Source: Octopus bimaculoides
Lineage: Eukaryota
NCBI RefSeq assembly: GCF_001194135.2
Contig: NC_068990.1
Span: forward strand, 49,255,583 to 49,319,582
Direction: 5' to 3'
Length of the DNA: 64,000 nucleotides
Below the pieces are notes generated by a model. The model was not told the DNA's origin and made no database searches. It was given only the letters and a program-made list of their open reading frames with translations. Both the position numbers and the translations under genes were made by a program. Shown here one piece after another: positions 62,733 to 64,000 of the stretch (position 1 is the stretch's first letter; every line of letters begins with the position of its first letter).

Positions 62733-63419
62733 GTAATATTTCTACATGACCAAGCAGGTTTTCACAGAAGATTGCAAACAAAGGACATCACTTGCATGAT
62801 AGTAACAATTGTTTACAACTACCACAAGTTAAAGCAAGGAGATAGTAACACACACATATGATGGGCTTCTTTAAGTTTCCATTTACCAAATCTACTCCCA
62901 AGACTTTGGTCACCCTGGGACTATATAAGAAGACATTTGTCCTAGATACTGTGCCATGAGGCTGAATGCAGAACCATGTGATTGTGAAACAAATGTCTTA
63001 ACCATATAATCATTTTTGCACCATAAAACTTCTTTTGAAAATCCAACCAGAACAGACAATTTTTATGCAATCTGTTTGCCACCAATGATATTGGGTTTCT
63101 TTCTCTAAGCCTTGGACATCTGAAAGGGAACTTAATCCAGAGATGTTAATCTGTCACTTTGTTGCTTGCTACCAATGGATCATCTCAAAAATGTATCTAT
63201 GGGCATAACAATTATTTTTTTTAGTTTCAATATAAAAAAAAAATTAAATATAAGTTATTGCATTTAATCTTTTTGTTTTGTCAATGCTTTCTAAGTGAAG
63301 GTGCTAAGAATAAGGTGATTTTTTATTTTCCACAAGTGGACAACATAGAAAGGGACAACACAATCTGATTTTGGGTCAGATGAACGAATGGTTGACATAA
63401 ATATGAGGTTAAAAATTCA

Positions 63420-64000
63420 CAAAATAAGAAAATATAAAGAAATCGAATGATAGGACAGACCAGACCGGAAGACATTACGGATGGAGTGGGGGGGTTAATA
63501 TGGACCCCACAAGCACCACCTTACCACCGATACCTGAGATACGTCGTGTCACATTCACGAGGTTACATTCACACGCAACATCCATGCTACATTCTTCCAT
63601 CGATTTTCGAACATTTTCACAGTCAGGCATTTTCTCTCTAGCCCTATTTTCCTTTTAAGGTGAAAGGTGAAGTAATTCACCAATTCAGGGCCAGAGGTGA
63701 AGGTGCTTGACTTTAACCCTTTCAGCCTCATCTTCCAAATCACCTCTCTCGCAATTGCTACTACAATGAGAAAACAATTCTTACCTTCTTTCAAAATGAA
63801 ATCAGGCGGGTCAATTTTTACAATAGACTCAGTCGATAGCTGTACTCTTCCTGCACTTGACAACAGCTGTTCAGCATAAACCCACACGTCTGACACCTCC
63901 GAACACTGAACAATAGTGTGCAGGACAGTTTCCCTATCCCACTCACATCTTGGACAGGTCGAAGGGCTGTGGCCACTATGCCTTGTGAGCTGGTCCCAAA
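63420..64000 (-). mobile_element. Tx1/L1-like LINE ORF2 C-terminus (runs off the window)
   Basis: CPRCEWIG.ETVLHTIVQC CCHC-type knuckle followed by IAREVIWKMR. Confidence 0.75.

Overview
AT-rich, gapped, repeat-dense animal genomic DNA. It is inferred to be cephalopod (Octopus-like) from the mollusc-type 5S sequence, RTE LINEs with (GAT)n tails and the tRNA-SINE families. Two complete spliced genes can be built by hand, and the ORF track misses both as genes. (1) A minus-strand LAMP-family lysosomal membrane glycoprotein: 5 coding exons, 45278->32549, 376 aa, with a signal peptide, a 15 x 10-aa mucin-like repeat stalk, one 4-Cys LAMP domain, a TM helix and a GYESV tail. (2) A plus-strand COPS9/MYEOV2 microprotein: 3 exons, 45655->53133, 59 aa. 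The two genes are head-to-head with 376 bp between the ATGs, and that interval carries CLEAR/E-box, ETS and NRF1-like motifs. A possible third, unidentified gene starts at 13597 (+). The rest is transposon-derived: three degenerate Gypsy LTR elements, RTE and Tx1/L1-like LINEs, Penelope fragments, mariner/Tc1/Chapaev-like relics, SINEs, several palindromes or foldbacks, and microsatellites. The most unusual items are a 5S rRNA-A14-SINE chimera inside a perfect 22-bp target duplication, two minimal hammerhead-ribozyme-like motifs, a palindrome made of two tRNA-like cloverleaves, a TTAGGG-filled inverted-repeat element, and an LTR carrying a microhomology-bounded inverted copy of its own host flank. 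I cannot demonstrate a wholly new biological system from sequence alone; these are candidates to test.
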